NCBI GenBank assembly: GCA_037445875.1
Contig: JBBIJR010000003.1
Coordinates: 13,109 to 77,108 of the forward strand
DNA length: 64,000 nucleotides
Direction of reading: 5' to 3'
Source: Bacteroidota bacterium
GTDB taxonomy: Bacteria > CLD3 > SB21
The notes beneath the pieces are model-generated. The model saw only the letters and a list, made by a program, of their open reading frames with translations. It was not told the DNA's origin and made no database searches. The position numbers and the translations under genes are program-made. Positions 58,059 to 64,000 of the stretch are shown in pieces (positions within the stretch are counted from its first letter, which is position 1; each line of letters starts with the position of its first letter).

Positions 58059-58172
58059 ACGCTTTTTCCGGGCTGCCAACGACGCGTCAATGTAGGCAAA
58101 AAAGATTTGTGGAGCAATGGTTTATTGGGCACTCAGGCGGCGGCACGACTTCCCGAAGATACACGGCCCCGT

Positions 58173-61091
<2,919 letters not shown>

Positions 61092-61260
61092 GGGGCTTTC
61101 CGTTCAGGGGCGGAATCTTAATACAAATGGTAATCTAAGTCAAGAGATCGGGAACAATTGTCGGCGCAAAACATGTGCGGTTCCAAACCGAACATAGCGG
61201 CGCCCGGACTCATTCCCTGAGGCCAGGTGTTTGTTTTTGCCCGTAAGTGTAAAAAAACCC

Positions 61261-61289
61261 TTGCATGGATATGACCCGTACGTTATATT
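61261..61289 (+). promoter_or_regulatory. Putative sigma70-type promoter of the rplM-rpsI operon (TTGCAT-N17-TATATT)
   Basis: Read from the sequence, about 95 nt upstream of the rplM start. Confidence 0.45.
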
Positions 61290-61385
61290 GGCGTCCCCAA
61301 AGTTAACCGGGAGGGTGTCTCATGCCCGGGCCGGAGTTAGCTGGGTGATAAGATCTGAACGATATTCGACTTAAGGAGAACGGAC

Positions 61386-61826
61386 GTGAAGGTTTCATTC
61401 AAGACGGCGATGCCCAAGGCGGACACCATCGAACGCAAGTGGTATGTTGTCGACGCCAAAGACAAGACCCTGGGACGATTTGCGTCCGGAGTAGCAGGAA
61501 TCCTCAAGGGCAAGAATAAACCCTACTATGCGCCCCACCTGGATTGCGGAGATCATGTGATCATCATTAACGCCGAGCAGATTCGGGTCACGGGCCGAAA
61601 AACGAAGATCAAGGAATACCTGCACAACACGCTGTATCCGGGAGGCCAGCGTGTCGAGCGATTCGAGGATCTGATCCGCACCAAGCCTGAACGGATCCTG
61701 TACTATGCCGTCCACGGCATGCTGCCCAAGAACAAGCTGGGTCGCGTTATGATTCAGAAACTGAAGATTTACGCGGGCGATCGCCATCCTCATGCGGCGC
61801 AACGGCCCGAGCCGCTCAATCTTTGA
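61386..61826 (+). CDS. rplM: 50S ribosomal protein L13
   Basis: GTG start with an AAGGAG RBS. KWYVVDA..GRFAS.. L13 signature. Confidence 0.9.
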   Translation: MKVSFKTAMPKADTIERKWYVVDAKDKTLGRFASGVAGILKGKNKPYYAPHLDCGDHVIIINAEQIRVTGRKTKIKEYLHNTLYPGGQRVERFEDLIRTKPERILYYAVHGMLPKNKLGRVMIQKLKIYAGDRHPHAAQRPEPLNL

Positions 61827-61864
61827 TGAAACGTTTTGATTGTTGATCTGACAGGAGACTATTC

Positions 61865-62254
61865 ATGAGCATGGCCATTTCAGCCATTGGAAGAAGAAAA
61901 ACAGCACACGCGCGCGTTCGCCTGGTACCGGGCAGCGGCAGAATCACGGTCAACTCCAAAGATATACGAGAGTACTTCCCTAGAGAATCGAACCAGTTGA
62001 AGATTCAGGAAGCGTTGCAGGCCGTGGAAGCCGGCGCCCGCTACGATGTGATCGCCAACGTCGCCGGAGGCGGCAAATCGGGCCAGGCCGGGGCGATCCG
62101 ACTGGGTATTGCACGTGCGTTCGTGAAGATGGACGAGGAGACGCGCAAGGCGCTTAAACCGCTAGGCATGCTTCGCCGCGATCCGCGTATGAAAGAACGT
62201 AGAAAGTACGGACTGGCGAAAGCGCGTAAACGCTACCAGTTCTCCAAGCGATAG
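61865..62254 (+). CDS. rpsI: 30S ribosomal protein S9
   Basis: GRRKTAHARV.. with the ..KARKRYQFSKR C-terminus. Confidence 0.9.
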   Translation: MSMAISAIGRRKTAHARVRLVPGSGRITVNSKDIREYFPRESNQLKIQEALQAVEAGARYDVIANVAGGGKSGQAGAIRLGIARAFVKMDEETRKALKPLGMLRRDPRMKERRKYGLAKARKRYQFSKR

Positions 62255-62296
62255 TCTTTCAGGCTTCTCGGAGCCCTTGTTAGTATAACCAATTCA

Positions 62297-62335
62297 CACT
62301 TTTCGATTCGGGCAGGGGTGTCCCGGCGACGGGAT
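62297..62335 (+). promoter_or_regulatory. Structured leader upstream of rpsB (9-bp outer stem ttcgggcag/ctgcccgaa enclosing an inner tcccg-gcga-cggga hairpin); possible S2 autoregulatory element
   Basis: Nested inverted repeats read from the sequence, about 50 nt upstream of the rpsB ATG. Confidence 0.3.
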
Positions 62336-62386
62336 TCTGCCCGAAGATGAGAAAAGTGGTCGTTTAACCCGCTAGCAGGAGTACGT

Positions 62387-63298
62387 ATGGTTGAAGATAC
62401 CCCGGTCATCGAATTCGATGCCAAAAAGAAACTGGAGGAACTGCTCGAGGCAGGTGTTCATTTCGGTCATCTGACCCGGCGCTGGAATCCCAAGATGAAG
62501 CCGTACATCTTCATGGAGAAGAACGGCATTCACATCATCGATCTGAAGAAGACGCTTGTTTCCCTGCAGAAGGCCTGCGAAGCGATCGCCAAGGTCGTAA
62601 AGAACGGCGAAAAAATTCTGTTCGTCGGCACGAAAAAGCAGGCCAAAGACATCATCAAGACCGAGGCGCAGCGTTCCCATTCCTTTTACGTCACCGAGCG
62701 GTGGTTGGGCGGGATGCTCACCAATTTCTCGACGATTCGCAAGAGCATCAAGCACATGAAGAACATCGAGAAGAAGGAAACGGACGGGACGTTCGAGAAG
62801 ATCACGAAGAAAGAGCGGTTGACCCTGGAACGCGCTAAGGCAAAGTTGAAAACCGTACTGGAAGGCATCGAGGATATGCGTCAGCTGCCCGGGGCCTTAT
62901 TCGTCGTCGACACCAAGAAGGAAGCGATCGCCGTCCGCGAAGCGCAGATACTCGGTATCCCGGTCTTTGCCATCGTAGATACCAACTGCGATCCCACACC
63001 GATTTCGTTCGTCGTTCCGGGCAACGACGACGCTTCCAAGTCCATCCAGGTGATCACGAAGACAATAGCCGAGGCGGTTGTGGAAGCCAATCAGCATGTG
63101 GTTGCCATGGCCAGGGAGGTCAAGGAGATCGATCCGGAGCGGATCAAGGATGAGACGCGCCAGAAGTATGAACGGGACAACAAGATCGAGCGGCGCAAGA
63201 AGGAGGCTCTGGCCAAGGAAGCCGGCTCTGTCCCGGACAAGGCGACCGACAGCGAGGGGACGCCCGGCGCCGATGTTCAAGCCAAAGAGAATACATGA
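62387..63298 (+). CDS. rpsB: 30S ribosomal protein S2 with a charged C-terminal extension of about 50 aa
   Basis: [14 protein letters not shown].. S2 signature. 303 aa. Confidence 0.9.
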   Translation: MVEDTPVIEFDAKKKLEELLEAGVHFGHLTRRWNPKMKPYIFMEKNGIHIIDLKKTLVSLQKACEAIAKVVKNGEKILFVGTKKQAKDIIKTEAQRSHSFYVTERWLGGMLTNFSTIRKSIKHMKNIEKKETDGTFEKITKKERLTLERAKAKLKTVLEGIEDMRQLPGALFVVDTKKEAIAVREAQILGIPVFAIVDTNCDPTPISFVVPGNDDASKSIQVITKTIAEAVVEANQHVVAMAREVKEIDPERIKDETRQKYERDNKIERRKKEALAKEAGSVPDKATDSEGTPGADVQAKENT

Positions 63299-63328
63299 TT
63301 TCTGATATTCGACGGCAAGGAGTGGTGA

Positions 63329-64000
63329 ATGTCGACTGAAATATCCGCCGCTGCGGTCATGGAGCTTCGCGAGAAGACGGGCGCCGGCATGATGGATTGC
63401 AAAAAGGCGCTGACCGAAGCCGGCGGCGATACGGAAAGAGCTATCGAGATTCTGCGGCAAAAGGGCCTGAAGAAGAGCGCCGAAAAAGCCTCCCGGGTGG
63501 CGCGAGAAGGCCTGGTGCTTGCGAAAATCAATGAGAACCGGAATTTCGGAGTCATCGTCGAACTGAACTGTGAGACCGATTTCGTCGCCCGCAACGAAGA
63601 GTTTGCCAGGCTCGGCCACGATATTCTGGAACAGCTGTTCAACACACGCCCCGCAAATCTTGACTCGCTGCTGGCGTCCCCGGCCCACTTCAATCACGGC
63701 AAGACCGTGGGCGACAGCGTTGCCGAATTGACCGGAAAGATCGGCGAGAAGATCCAGCTAAAGCGCTTTGCCGCGTTCACGACGAGCGGCGGAGTGCTGG
63801 CCAGTTATATCCACCCGGGGAACAAACTGGGCGTACTCGTGCAGCTGGACGTCGAGAACCTCGAAAACGGCGTCGCCTCGGAAGCGCATACCCTGGCGTA
63901 CGACCTGGCCATGCAGACGGCCGCGATGAGCCCGTCTTTCATCCAACGGAGCGAAATTCCCCGCGAGGTCATCGAGAAGGAGATGAATATTCTGCGGGAA
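63329..64000 (+). CDS. tsf: Elongation factor Ts (partial; continues past the window end)
   Basis: AAGGAG RBS, then ATG MSTEISAAAVMELREKTGAGMMDCKKAL.. (EF-Ts N-terminal UBA-like motif). No stop within the window. Confidence 0.85.
   Translation, partial: MSTEISAAAVMELREKTGAGMMDCKKALTEAGGDTERAIEILRQKGLKKSAEKASRVAREGLVLAKINENRNFGVIVELNCETDFVARNEEFARLGHDILEQLFNTRPANLDSLLASPAHFNHGKTVGDSVAELTGKIGEKIQLKRFAAFTTSGGVLASYIHPGNKLGVLVQLDVENLENGVASEAHTLAYDLAMQTAAMSPSFIQRSEIPREVIEKEMNILRE

Overview
This is a GC-rich bacterial chromosomal window (GC judged by eye, not computed), almost fully coding. Housekeeping genes sit at several places: valS, uvrA, fmt, pyrE, mpg, hprK, the rplM-rpsI operon, and rpsB followed by a partial tsf. 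The rest is dominated by envelope and secreted proteins: TPR, PD40, BNR and PQQ-like beta-propellers, many lipoproteins with a lipobox Cys, and PorV/FadL-like outer-membrane barrels.

The notable calls are these. A tmRNA (ssrA) gene lies on the minus strand at about 10.77-11.15 kb. Next to its 3' end is a decayed, more AT-rich island holding type I restriction-modification remnants (hsdR and hsdM fragments) split by a frameshifted IS200/RAYT-type Y1 transposase, which is flanked by oppositely oriented REP-like CCCC-N3-GGGG palindromes. A receptor-type Ser/Thr kinase with a Reg_prop/YYY beta-propeller sensor sits beside a GAF-containing sigma54 activator and a truncated receiver fragment, upstream of a secreted-protein cluster. 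A GH2-like glycosidase homolog that appears to have lost its catalytic NE motif is fused to a polytopic membrane domain. Eight co-directional envelope genes include two tandem paralogous Tyr/Trp-rich lipoproteins. There are also two radical SAM loci: a B12-binding enzyme with a membrane protein and a Big_2/DM13 lipoprotein, and an orphan PFL-activase-like AmmeMemoRadiSam-type enzyme.

No CRISPR array and no rRNA or tRNA were seen. The many long antisense ORFs in the track are treated as GC-driven artefacts. Coordinates I counted by hand from the sequence lines may be off by 1-2 nt.
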